From contig NC_082719.1 of NCBI RefSeq assembly GCF_030144855.1, forward strand, positions 31,434,001 through 31,498,000: a stretch of DNA of 64,000 bases, given 5' to 3'. This DNA comes from Hypanus sabinus. Its lineage: Eukaryota. This document shows, one piece after another, positions 12,191-24,150 of this stretch (position 1 is its first letter; each line of letters opens with the position of its first letter). The notes under the pieces are model-generated. The model did no database searches, was not told the DNA's origin, and was given only the letters and a program-made list of their open reading frames with translations. Both the position numbers and the translations under genes were made by a program.

Positions 12191-12729
12191 TCTCCCACCA
12201 CCATTGCTCTACCTGACTTTATCCTTCTGTGCTGAGTCCTAGAACAGGCTGAAGTGCTGCTGACCTTGTGGCTGCTGCTATACCCTGATAGGTTATTTTC
12301 CTAGCAGTATCCAAAGGGGTGTACTTGTTGCTGAAAGAAAGGACCACAGGGAGATCTTGCAAGTAGTTATAAACAGGTGTGAAAACAGAATTAACTAAGA
12401 CTTTCAAAATACATAGAATTGGAATAATCATTCATGGAAAATAACCTGAAGAATGATAGCAGAAGTGTGAAGTACTGAAGAATTGCTCTAACAAGACTTG
12501 CACGGACTCAGGGGTACAAACAGCTCCTTATGCGGAAGAACTGTTCTTCAACTCTACCTTAACTCTTTCCGCAATCTTGGCTCTATATTCCTTCACTTGA
12601 TCTGTTTTAATCCACTGAATACACACTTATTTAATGCCTTAGAAATATTATCCATCTCGTTTCCCAGAACTGAAATGTCTAAATGTACATTGGACGGGTA
12701 CAAAATATTTACAGAGGGAGACTGGAAAA

Positions 12730-13275
12730 TTAAGAGGTGGAAGTTAAACTACAGTTGTGTACATGAGTGCTGGATCCTGTGTCCCAGAAGAATAGATTAG
12801 ACTGGGAATACAAGAATGCTTAATGCACAAGATTGATACAGAGACTATGAAGTGGTTAAAATGTGAAGACCAATTGATAAGACAAAACCTTTACTCCAGT
12901 AAATAAAGAAAATCCTGTGATATTTTGGGAAGATTAAATATCTTGGTAATATAGACAGACAGAAACTACTTCTCCTTATAAAGTATCCAGAAATGGGAGG
13001 GTAGCCTTAGAAGTAGAGATGAAACATTTGAGAATATTATCACTCAGAGTTTATTCCTCACTAAGTATTGTGGATATCTACAGCTCCATCTCTGAAAAGG
13101 CGGTTTCTGCTTGGTCAATTGGAAATATTGATACTGAGATTGACAAATTTGGTAGGAAAGTATTTTGGGGATTGTGCAAACAAAGCAGGTACACAGTTCA
13201 AGATACAGATCAGCTGCGATCTAATTGGATTGCAGAATAATCATGGAGAACTGTGCTTCTGTTCTTATGTCTTTT
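12730..13275 (+). mobile_element. Highly degenerate CR1 3' fragment
   Basis: Residual CR1 motifs (ACTGAGATTGACAAATTT..., GATCAGC...GATCTAATTGGAT) and a TTCTTATGT-type tail. Confidence 0.5.
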
Positions 13276-13904
13276 CCTGCACAATCAAACCAAGTATAAT
13301 CAGATTTGTAAGCAGAATGCAAGAGAAAAATGATCATTTTGATTGCAAATGTCTCTCATTCCGAGCAATTTCCTTTCCAAGAGATGGAGATTAGAAAATG
13401 CATGAGTGCACTATGCAGTAATAGTGCCTGATGTGAATTACTTTTATGGATAATGATTATTTTTTAACAATCCTTAGTTCCTGTTATACTTGCAGTCTCT
13501 GCTACAATCTGTCTTTCATTTGTGTGCATCAAAATTAAGAGTCCATTGCTTTATCCATGTCCATCAGAGTGAGTTCTCAGTTAGGAAAAATAAGTTGCAA
13601 AGCCAAAAAGAGAGCCCAGTTTAGATTTCATTCTCTGTGCTGCACTCCTAACTTCTGCACAAAACACAACATGTTACAACACTGAAGTCAAATCTGCTCT
13701 TCTATTTATTCAGCTAAATGGCATTAATATCCACTGTTTAATATTTGAGATAACTGCACCCAAGTGTATTTGTTGGAATGGTAGAGATTGTACTAATTGC
13801 TTCTGACTCCTCTCTTCCAGGCAGGCTGCACCATTTTCCAGTATTAAGTAGCCATCCAGCATTCCTCCCCTCAGCTGCGCATCCAGTGCCACATCTAACA
13901 GTCT

Positions 13905-14305
13905 AATGGTGCTGCCTCGGAATGGCAGCATCCGTTGTCTCGAGACTCCCACCATCTCGGCCATGCTACGTTTTCACAGCTACCATCAGACAAAAGGTGC
14001 AGAAGCCTTAAGACCTATACTACCAGGTTCAAGAGCAGCTACATCCCTTCCAGTATTTGGTTCTCGAACCAACCATCGAAACCTTTGTCACTACCTCAGT
14101 ATAGCAACAGTTTGACCACTTTGCACTACAATGGATGTTGTTTAGTTTTGATTCTAATTGTTTTCCTTCTTGTCTAAATTACTTGTAATTTATGTCTTTA
14201 TTCTGAATGCCGTATTCCTAAAGCTATGTGCCTGCAATGTTGCTGTGTGTTTTTACTGCACCTCACTGATACTTGTGCACATGACAATGAACCTGACGTG
14301 ATTTG
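13905..14305 (+). mobile_element. Rex/Babar LINE 3' fragment
   Basis: 'RDSHHLGHATFSQLPSDKRCRSLKTYTTRFKSSY' plus 3' UTR. Confidence 0.75.
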
Positions 14306-14341
14306 ACAAATGATGGGACTGCTGGTCTGTTGTTCCTACGT

Positions 14342-15521
14342 TAGTGGTCACTAACCTTTTTAAGCCCAGGATCCCCTACCTCAGCCCTAGTGAAAGGCGA
14401 GATTGACCCCAGATCGATTAGTTACACACATGCGCACCGAGCCAGAAAAGACTGGAAGTAAAACCCTCAACCCGGAAGTAGAAATAATGTATAAACACCA
14501 GGGGTACCCACCCTTTTTTATACCACGGACGGTTTAATATTGACAATATTCTTGTGGACCGGCCGATGGGGGGGCATGGGGTGTTAAACACGACCAAAAT
14601 ACAGCGATACTTGAAGCAGGTTCCTTATGTCCAGTCTATTCTGCAATGTAGTTTTCGAGGCTCTCAGCACTTAGCTTCTGTCCCGGTTGCTCATCTTTTT
14701 CTCAGCTGAAAAATCTAAACATGTTCATCTTTAAGTGCAGGGTGCTTGGACTCAAGGTGCCGAAGCAGTTTTGAGGGCTTCGTTGCCTCATTAGACAACC
14801 TCCCGCCTGCCTGCCACCAGTCTCCTTGGCCAGGTGCGGCTGGTCGTGGGTGGGATGAGAGGACAAGCTCAGGGCCGGTGGTCCCCATACCGGGGCCGCG
14901 GCGGTCGCAGTCCGGAGAGAGCAACTGAATGACCGAGCGAGGAGTGCGACAAGAGCTCCCGCCCCCCTTGTAGGATCTATTGGCCGACAAAAGTTTGTTT
15001 CAGTAGATCACAGCGCTGTAGCTGCTCTGCTACTTACGAAACCCTGAGCCCAAATTAGGTCGTCTGCGAATATTTTAGCACTGGGTTCCCCACGAACATT
15101 CGGTGTGCTAAACGGGTTTAGAGGTGGCGCCCATCTGTCCGCGCTCCAGGCCAGTAACAACAGCACTTCCCGCCGGCCACGCAAGGCCAACCAGTGATCC
15201 CTGGTACGAGGGTATCACTGCATTTAGGTGAATGATGACCTCGCGTGGGTTCAAGTTCAACAGTGGGCGTGACAGGGAATGAGGAAAGGTGCCTCTGACT
15301 CATATTGTTTCCTCACGGCCCAGTGGCTGGGGACCACTGAAGTACACTGTGTAGTGCGTGGCAGGGGAGCTACACGCATGCGCCCTGGGCAGGAAGAATG
15401 GAACTAAATCCCCACAACCTGGAAACAATCTCTCAACAGTATCTGTGCATTTTTTTCTTTTTTTTTCAGGATCTACTGGGAATGTCTCAAAGATTGACCA
15501 TCGACCGGCTGGCGACCACTA
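14342..15521. mobile_element. Non-autonomous hAT element (outer element of a nest)
   Basis: TIRs TAGTGGTCACTAACC / GGCTGGCGACCACTA; internal degenerate direct repeat (TGCGC...GGAAG/C) on both sides of the inner insertion; no clear TSD. Confidence 0.65.
14499..15339 (-). mobile_element. Buster/Charlie-type hAT deletion derivative (inner element)
   Basis: TIRs CAGGGGTACCCACC / GCTGGGGACCACTG; 'LSNEATKPSKLLRHLESKHP' (BED zinc-finger region) and 'KTTLQNRLDIRNLLQVSL' (C-terminal dimerisation region); degenerate 8-bp flanks ATAAACAC / AAGTACAC. Confidence 0.8.
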
Positions 15522-15544
15522 ATCAAATAGCAATCTTGCTGAAA

Positions 15545-17385
15545 AACAATGTTGGGATTGATATGTTGGGACCAGGTTAGATCCTCAGAGATCTTGACAC
15601 ACAGGAACTTGAAATTGATCACTCTCTCCACTTCTGATTCCTCTATGAGGATTGGGATGTGTTCCTTCGTCTTACTCTTCCTGAAGGTTGTTGCTGTGAC
15701 ATCACTCCACTAGTTAGCATATCACGTTCCTGTACAAAACTCAACTCCATCTGGGATTCTACAATCAATGGTTGTATCATCAGCGAACTTTTAGAAGGTA
15801 TTTGAGCTATGCCGTAGCCACACGGTCATGGGTATAGAGAGAGTAGAGCAGTGGGTTAAGCACACACCCCTGAGGTGCACCAGTATTGATCATCAGTGAG
15901 AATGAGATATTATCACCAACCTGCACAGATTGTGGTCTTCCAGTTTGGAAGTTGAGGATCTAATTGCAGAGGGAGGTACAGAGGCTCAGGTTCTGTAACT
16001 TATCAATCAGGATTCTGGGAATGATGTTGTTAAATGTAGAGCCATAGACGATGAATATAGGTGTTTGTATTGTCCAGGTGATCTAAAGCAGTGCGAAGAG
16101 CCATTGAGACTGCATCTGCCATTGACCTAATGTGGTGATAGGCAAATTACAGTGGGCCCAGGTCCTTGCTGAGGCAGGAGTTCAGTCTAATCATGACCAA
16201 CCTCTCTAAGCATTTCATCACTGTTGATGTGAGTGCTACTGGGCAACAGTCATTAAGGCAGCTCACATTATTCTTCTTAGGTACTGGTATAATTATTGCC
16301 TTTTTGAAGCAAGTGGGAACTTCCACCTGTAGCAGTTGAAAATGTCCTTGAATACTCCTGTCAGTCGGTTGGCACAAATTTTCAGAGCCTTATCAGGTAC
16401 TCTGTTGGGGCCTTCCGCCTTACAAGGGTTCCTCCTCTTTAAAGACAGCCTAACATCGACCTCTAAAACAGAGATCACAGGGTCATCAGGTGCAGCAGGG
16501 ATCTTCACAACTGTAGTTATATTCTCCCTTTCAAAGCTGGCATAGAAGACATTGATCTCATTGCTGCCATTCATTCTATTGGGTTTCACTCTGTAGGACG
16601 TAATGTCTTACAAACCCTGCCAGAGTCGTTGTGCATCTGATGTCGCCTCCAACCTTATTTAAAGTTATCTCTTTGCCCTTGAAATAGCCCTCCGCACATC
16701 ATACCAGGTTTTCTGGTACAGGCCTGGGTCGCCAGACCTGAGCCACAGATCTAGCTTTCAGTAGATGATGTACTTCCTGGTATATCCACGGCTTTTGGTT
16801 TTGGAATATACAGCAAGACTTTGTAGGCACACACTCATCCACACAAGTTTTAATGAAGTCAGTAACAACTGCAAAATACTCATCCAGATTTGAAAATAAT
16901 CCCTGAATACGGTCCAATCCACTGGTTCAAAGCAGTCCTATGGGCGCTGCTGTGCTTCCCTTTCCATACCGTTTTGGTCCTCACTGCTGGTGCTGCAGTT
17001 TTCAGTTTCTACCTATACAGAAGTACAGGTGATCAGACTTCCTAAAGTGAGGGCGTGGAATAGCACGGAAGGCAGTCTTGATGGTGGTGTAGCAATGGTC
17101 CAGTGCGTTGTTTCCTCTGGTATAGCAAGTGATTTGTTGATGGTAATTACTTAGTGACTTTTTTCAGACTAGCCTGGTTAAAATTCCCCGAAACGATGGT
17201 GAAGGTGTTAGGGTGCACTATTTCATGCACATTGACCCTATTGCTCAGATCATCTAAAGCCTGATTGACATTGACTTGCGGTGGAATGTATACTGCTACC
17301 AAAATGATCACGTAAATCTCCTGTGTTTGGACTTAAGTAGACGGGATGAAGATCATGAAGCATCCACACCACATCATTAATACAT
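15545..17385 (-). mobile_element. Rex/Babar LINE ORF2 remnant (endonuclease + RT)
   Basis: 'VAVYIPPQ...GNFNQA...LDHCY' endonuclease motifs; 'VPTCFKKAIIIPVPKK...LNDCCPVALTSTVMKCLERL' RT N-terminus; many stops and frameshifts. Confidence 0.9.
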
Positions 17386-17624
17386 CATGGATAAGCTTTG
17401 CTGGTAAAAAGTACACCAAGTATCTACTAAAGTGATAACCAGACATGTGGAGACAAGGAAAAGCTGAGAGATATTCGTCTGAAAATTTCCTGCATCAAAA
17501 TGATAACTTTTACTCAAAGCCAAACTTACCATCAACTGGGAGCTTTGTTTGTTAATATACAGTCTGCCTCAAAACAAAATCAACATACCACACCATAATA
17601 TTACTACATAGATTTCAGTATGAG

Positions 17625-18045
17625 TGGGGTCTATTTTTCACCCATCAGAGATCACTTTCAGGAGGACTGCAAATGCAGGGCCCTTAGCATATTCAATAAT
17701 CCCTCCCATCCATCCAAAACTCTCTCTGTCCCCCTACCATCAGGCAGGAGCTACCATAGCATTCTGACAAAGGCTCTTATGATGGGAAACAGCTTCAGTG
17801 AAACTACTGAACTCTGTGCCACCACTCAGGTCTCATTACATATAAAGCACCAGTAGTGTTACAAAGTTTTGTTTTTAAAGTTATGTCAGAAGTGCTCATT
17901 ATTTGTTAACTTACTTGTGGTAGTATTACTTAATGTGTTGTGTGAGTTTTATGTACTGTGTTGTACACCTTGGTCTGGAGGAACGTTGTTTCGTTTGGCA
18001 GTATGCATGAATATGGTTGAATGACAATAGAATTGAACTTCAACA
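17625..18045 (+). mobile_element. Rex/Babar LINE 3' fragment
   Basis: 'IFNNPSHPSKTLSVPLPSGRSYHSI' plus tail ATGACAATAGAATTGAACTT. Confidence 0.75.
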
Positions 18046-18902
18046 TGAATTTGTGTATTTAATACAGCAGATTTAAACTAAGTGTAGTCTTTAAAAACTA
18101 GGAAATTAGTGCAATTATTGGTAATTATCATTTAAGAGAGTGTTATAAATGTTCAGCAGTTTAACAGGTACTTCCTCAAACTCCTGCTCCATGTAAAAAA
18201 GGAAGTTTTAAGTGTTTATGAATGCATTCACACTTTTAGGGCATCAGTTATTGAAAGAGAACACAGAGAAGTTTATTGGAACTCTGAGGTACAATTTGTT
18301 GTTCATTTTAGCTCAATTACTGTTACCAAGATTGTCAGTTCATACTACATTTCAAAGCTGACGTAACTAATGAGGCAGCAAGAAGTGAAATCTCCAACAG
18401 TTAATTGTTTCCACAACAGGAGCTTGTTCTTGCATTGAACAGTCAGCAATAAAACTTTAAATATCTCTTTAGCTGAGCAAAGCTAGTTTTTGAGAACTTT
18501 CTATTGAAGTTAAATATAGTTTATCAATTCAGTTTGACAGTTGGAAGCTATGGGATAAGTGCATTGATTTAACTGTGCATTAATTAAATTTAGATTTTCG
18601 TTGAGAAATATACGGACTAGCCAAAATGCAGAATATTTTCATTAGAAATGTTCTTTCATCTTTATTCATCAGCCTGTAACCGTTGCTGGAATGAGCAGAA
18701 GTTACTGCCCAATAATGATATCACTGAAACCACATTGGTGTGCTCTATGCTGTACTGTCCACTTATTTAACACTTTAGACAAGATTTACTGGAGTAATAC
18801 CTGAAGTGTGAGATAGCCTGAACAACTGAGAGAACTGAGAAAAGATGAGTAAACCTTGTAGGATCTTGAAGAGTCTTGATAGGGTAGATAAAGAGAAGAT
18901 GT

Positions 18903-19950
18903 TTCATAGAGTAACGGAACACTACAATACAGAAACAGGCTCTCAGGCCCATCTACTCCATGCCAAACTTTTAATCTGTCTCGTTCCATCGATCTGCACC
19001 TGGACCATTTGCTCTCCATACCCCTCCCATGTATGTACCTATCCAAATTTCTCTTAAATATTGAAAACAAACCCATATCCACCACTGCTACTGGCAGCTC
19101 GTTCCACACCCTCACCACCCTCTAAATGAAACTGTGCTCCCTCATGCTCTCCTTAAACATTTCACCTTACACACTTAACCCATGACCTTTAGTTCAAGTC
19201 ACACCCAACCCTAGTGGAAAAAGCCTGCCTACATTTACTCAATCTAATTTTGTATACCCCTATCGAATCTGGGTCTAGGGAATACAGTCTTAAATCTTCC
19301 CGATAACTCAGGTCATTTACTGGGAACTTCCTTGTAAATATTCTACGTACTCTTTCAGGTCAAGTCATCAAATTTATTGTCATTTAACTATATGTATGTA
19401 TATAACATACATAACCATATAATTTATATAGAAACAAAACATTTCTTTGAACCAGGCTGTAAAGCACAGTAGTACACATAATACACTTATGAACTTTGGA
19501 TGAAATCTATAGATGAATCACACATAAATATTTTAATCTTATTGACATTTTTCTTGTAGTCAGGTGACCAAAGCTGCACCCAATACTCCAAAGTAGGCCT
19601 CACCTATGTCTTCCACAACTTCAACATAATATTCCAGCTCCAGTATTCACTACTTTGATTTATGAAGGCCAATGTGCTAAAAGCTTTCTATGCAACCCTG
19701 TTTACTTGTGACTGCTGTTTCAAAGAATTATGGAACCCTCTGTCCTACTGTCCTACTTATTGCCCTACCATTCACCGTGTAAGTCCTACCATGGCCTGTC
19801 TTCCAAAATGAAAAGCCTCACACTTATCTGCAATAAACCTATTTGCATTTTCAGCCCATTTTTCCATCTGGATCAATCACGCTCCAAGCTCTAATAATAT
19901 TCCTCACTGTCTATTACATTCCTAACCTTGGTGTTACCCACAAATTTTCT
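18903..19950 (-). mobile_element. CR1 LINE 3' fragment containing a second LINE tail (~19358-19530)
   Basis: 'MVRVWNELPVAVVD...FKRNLDRY'; upstream RT remnants extend to ~19950. Confidence 0.8.
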
Positions 19951-20703
19951 GATCCAGATTATTTCCTCTTCTGAAAGAATCTGGAAAAGGGAGCACTATT
20001 TAAAAATAAGGGGGCATGCATTGAATACAGAGATGTTATTTTTTATTTCTCTCAGAAGGCTTTTGGAACTCAAAACACTTGTTACATTTTGGGCCAAGAT
20101 CCTTCCCTCCATGTCAGACCTGCTGTAGTCCTCTTATAATTTGTTTGTTGCTCAAAATTTCCAGCATCTGCACAATTTTTGTATCTCTATGGTGAACGTC
20201 ATGTTTGGTAGAGAGTTCCACCATTTTGATCTTGCAGTGATGAAGGAATGGGCGCTGTTGCCAATTCAAAACATACAATGCATATTAGCATGGAGCTTGC
20301 AGTTAATTTTATTTCAACATGCCTGGTGTTTTTGGTAGCTGCAGTGCAAGTTTGATGGTGGTTTCAAACAGACTTTGAACAGTTGCTGTCATGGATCCTA
20401 AATATGATATAAACTGTAACTAGTACACCAGAGAAGGAGAATTTAAAGCAAAACACACAAAATGCTGGTGAAACACAGCAGGCCAGGCAGCATCTATGGA
20501 AAAGAGTAATCAGTCAACATTTCAGTCCAAGACCAGAAACGGGGGAAGGAGACAGACTAAGAAGGTGGGGGGGAGGGAAGAGAGATGTACAAAGTGGAAG
20601 GTGATAGGTGAAAATGGGAGAGGGAGAGGATGAAGTAAAGAGCTGAGTTGATTGGTGAAAGGGATAAAGGGCTTGAGATAGGGGAACTTGATAGGAAAGG
20701 ACA

Positions 20704-21013
20704 GAGATTATTTGGGCAGTAGGCGAATCAGCCCTTTTGTGCTTCTTGATCTCGTCACTTGAGATTCCGTGCCACGTAACCCTGCCAGTTTCATCTGGCC
20801 CAAGCCTTCATTAACCAGGTCCAATACTTGCCTTGATTGGATCTTTTCTCTCTCACCTTTTGGGTACCTCAACTTTTTTATTGGCATTTCGTGGACTGGG
20901 AGAATGAAGAGCATGTCACTGTGAGGTTAGGTTGAGATTATTCCGGCAGTAGGCGAATCAGCCCTTTTGTGCTTCTTGATCTCGTCATTTGATATTCAGT
21001 GTCACAGAACCCT
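20704..21013. repeat. 80-bp direct repeat with 230-bp period (~1.35 monomers)
   Basis: 20704-20783 vs 20934-21013, about 8 mismatches in 80 bp. Confidence 0.9.
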
Positions 21014-21946
21014 ACCACTTTGATCTGCAAATTTGCTGATGATACAACCATTGTTGGTAGAATCTTAAGTGGTGACGAGAGGGTGTACAGGAGTGAGATA
21101 TGCCAACTAGTGGAGTGGTGTCACAGCAACAACCTGGCATTCAACGTCAGGAAGATGAAAGCACTGATTGTGGACCTCAGGAAGAGTAAGACGAAGGAAC
21201 ACATACCAATCCTCATAGAGGAATCAGAAGTGGAGAGAGTGAGCAGCTTCAAGTTCCTGGGTGTCAAGATCTCTGAGGATCTAACCTGGTCCCAACATTT
21301 TGATGTAATTATAAAGAAAGCAAGACAGCAGCTATACTTTATTGGGTGTTTGAAGTGATTTGGTATGTCAACAAATATGCTCAAAAACTTCTATAGTCGT
21401 ACCACGGAGAGCATTCTGACAGGCTGCATCACTGTCTGGTATGGAGGGGCTAATGCACAGGACTGAAAGAAGTTGCAGAAGGTTGTAAATCTAGTCAGCT
21501 CCATCTTAGACACTAGCCTACAAAGTACCCAGGACATCTTTAGGAAGCGATGTCTCAGAAAGGAAGCGTCCATTATTAAAGATCTCCAGCACCCAGAGCA
21601 TGCCCTTTTCTCACTGTTACCATCAGGTAGGAGATACAGAAGCCTGAAGGCACACACTCAGCGATTCAGGAATAGCTTCTTCCTCTCTGCTATCCAATTC
21701 CTAAATGGACATTGAACTCACTAACTCACTTTTTTTTAATATGCAGTATTTCTGTTTTTGCACATTTTAAATAATCTATTCAATATACATAATTGATGTA
21801 CTTGTTTATTTATTATTATTTTATTTTATTATTATTTTTTTCTCTCTCTGCTAGATTATGTATTGCATTGAACTGCTGCTGCTAAATTAACAAATTTCAA
21901 ATTTCATGTCACGTGCTGGTGATAATAAACCTGATTCTGAATCTGA
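21014..21946 (+). mobile_element. Rex/Babar LINE 3' half (RT FADD motif to tail)
   Basis: 'ICKFADDTTIVG...SFKFLGVKISEDLTWSQH' and 'IIKDLQHPEHALFSLLPSGRRYRSL'; tail AATAAACCTGATTCTGAATCTGA. Confidence 0.9.
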
Positions 21947-22003
21947 AAGAATGGGAAGGCGTAGGAGCACCAGAGGGTGGAGTGGCAAGAAAGGAGATAA
22001 GAT

Positions 22004-22610
22004 CAACCATGGAATTGAGTTTAGGAGCTGAGGGGTAACGCTGCAGCTATATAGGACCCTGGTCAGACCCCACTTGGAGTGCTGTTCTCAGTTCTGGTCG
22101 CCTCACTACAGGAAGGATGTGGAAACTATAGAAAGGGTGCAAAGGAGATTTACAAGGATGTTGCCTGGATTGGGGAACATGTCTTATGAGAATAGGTTGA
22201 GTGAACTTGGCCTTTGTTCCTTGGAGCGACGGAGGTTGAGAGGTGACCTGATAGAGGTGTATAAGATGATGAGAGGCATTGATCGTGTGGATAGTCAGAG
22301 GCTTTTTCCCAGAGCAAAAATGGCTAGTATTAGAGGGCACAGTTTTAAGGTGCTTGGAAGTAGGTACAGTGGAAATGTCAGGGGTAATTTTTTTTCTGCA
22401 GAGTGGTGAGTGTGTGGAATGGGCTGTCGGCGATGGTGGTGGAGGCGGATACAATAGGGTCTTTTAAGAGACTCCTGAATAGGTACATGGAGCTCAGAAA
22501 AATAGAGGGCTATGGGTAACCCTAGGTAATTTCTTAGGTAAGGACATGTTCGGCACAGCTTTGTGGGTCAATGGGCCTGTGTTGTGCTGTAGGATTTCTG
22601 TTTCTGTTTC
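22004..22610 (+). mobile_element. CR1 LINE 3' fragment
   Basis: '[28 protein letters not shown]...RRLRGDLIEVYK'; (TTTCTG)n tail; TSD TAAGAT at 21998-22003 / 22611-22616. Confidence 0.92.
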
Positions 22611-23197
22611 TAAGATGAGAGAGGGAAACAGGAATGGGGAATAGGGAATGGTGAAGGATGTGGGGGGAGCAATTACCAGAAGTTTGAGAAATTGCTGTTC
22701 ATGCCACCAGGTTGGAGGTTACCTTGACAAAATATAAGATGTTGCTTCTCCAGCCTGATTGCGGCAGTAAAGGAGGCCATGGACTGAAATGTTGGAATAG
22801 GAAGTAGAATTGAAATGGGTGGCCTCTAGGAAATCCCACTTTTTGTGGTGGATGGAGCGAGGGTGCTTGACGAAGCAGTCTCCCAATCTACGTAGGGTCT
22901 CACACCAGGAGGAACAGATAGTGTAGATGACCCCAACAGACTGGCAGATGAAGTGGAGAATTTAAGTGTTTTGGCAAGCTAGTCAAGCAGGCTATTTTGT
23001 CCATAAGTGTTGCTGCATTCATACAGGCAAGGGAGAAGTCATCTAATATACATTTTATTTGTTCTCTGTAGATGGTGGAGAGATCATTTGTCACAGAGAA
23101 TCCAGCCTTGAGCCAGAACTTCTGTGTACCTTGTTCAGATAAGTATCTGACTGATTGTGAACTCCAACTACTGTTACTGAGGACTAAATTATGACAC

Positions 23198-23445
23198 TAC
23201 ACAGGCATACGTTCACAAATGCACTACAAAGGTCTTCCTCACTCCATCCCTCTCTCTCACTCATATCAAAAAAAACTAAATCACAGAGCTATATATCACT
23301 GAGGTAGAGTTTAACTGAGTGTAGCGGTCAAACACTACCTCAGTGGTATTTAGTTCTATAATTCAGCTCTTTTCTCTAAGAGTGTGAGGGAAGGAAAGAG
23401 AGCGCAAAACCCTTTGTGGTGCATTTATGAAAGCATGCTTGTGTA
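23198..23445. repeat. ~250-bp imperfect palindrome (old fold-back/MITE-like element)
   Basis: Arms pair at roughly 80% across their length around a 7-nt loop AGTGTAG (23318-23324). Confidence 0.85.
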
Positions 23446-23936
23446 ATATACTTGAGCAGGGAAAACTAATTGTCAATCTTTTAGGCTAGGGTCAGGACCT
23501 TTATAAGTATATATATAAGTTGGTACAATAGCCTCTCCATGTTAAGGTAGTTCACACTTTGTACCTACCTCTCCTCGAAAATGCACCCTAAGCAAGTCAT
23601 TTTTGATCCTGAAGGACAGGCCAAGGAGATGAATTGTCAGCATTGCCTGTGACATACTTCCATCACTTTATTGATGACCGAGCAAAGATTCAGTTTACTA
23701 TATTGGGCTGATTTATTTTAGGCTGTTTGTATACTTCTGGGCAATTTTCCACTTTATCAGTTGAACAGTACTGAACTAAACTGACTGGAACTGACTTTCA
23801 TGACAACTGGGAGCTCGGGAGCTAACTAAAATGGATCTATTGACACTTCTGACTACAGATGCAAGCACTTCAGAATTCTCTGTTGCAGTCATTTGCCAAA
23901 TCTGTGGATAAGAATATTCATGAAGCAAACATCAAT

Positions 23937-24150
23937 GGAGACACAAGAGAATACAGATATTGGATTTGGAGCAAACACAATCTGCTGGAAGAACTCAGCA
24001 AATCAAGTAACATCTCTAAGGGAAAGGAATTGTTGGAGTTTCAGGTCGAAGTCCTGATACCGAGTTTTGACCTGAAATTTCAACAATTCCTTCCCCACTC
24101 CACAACCAAAGGCGCTGCACAACCTGTTCATGTCCTCTGGAGCATCAACA
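23937..24150. mobile_element. Old fold-back PLE terminal-repeat insertion
   Basis: GGAATTGTTGGAGTTTCAGGTCGAA / TTTTGACCTGAAATTTCAACAATTCC inverted around a decayed hammerhead (AGTCCTGATAC...GAAA). Confidence 0.6.

Larger units (their letters stand above)
20447..22954 (-). mobile_element. Penelope-like element 3' part carrying nested insertions
   Basis: PLE segments at 20447-20706, 21947-22003 and 22611-22954 (GIY-YIG remnant); 11-bp TSD GGAGAATTTAA at 20436-20446 / 22955-22965. Confidence 0.8.

Noticed and set aside
23300-23342. Canonical let-7 miRNA gene
   Set aside because: Only the first 8-9 nt match, hairpin geometry is wrong and there is no let-7-type loop. Kept only as a palindrome finding.
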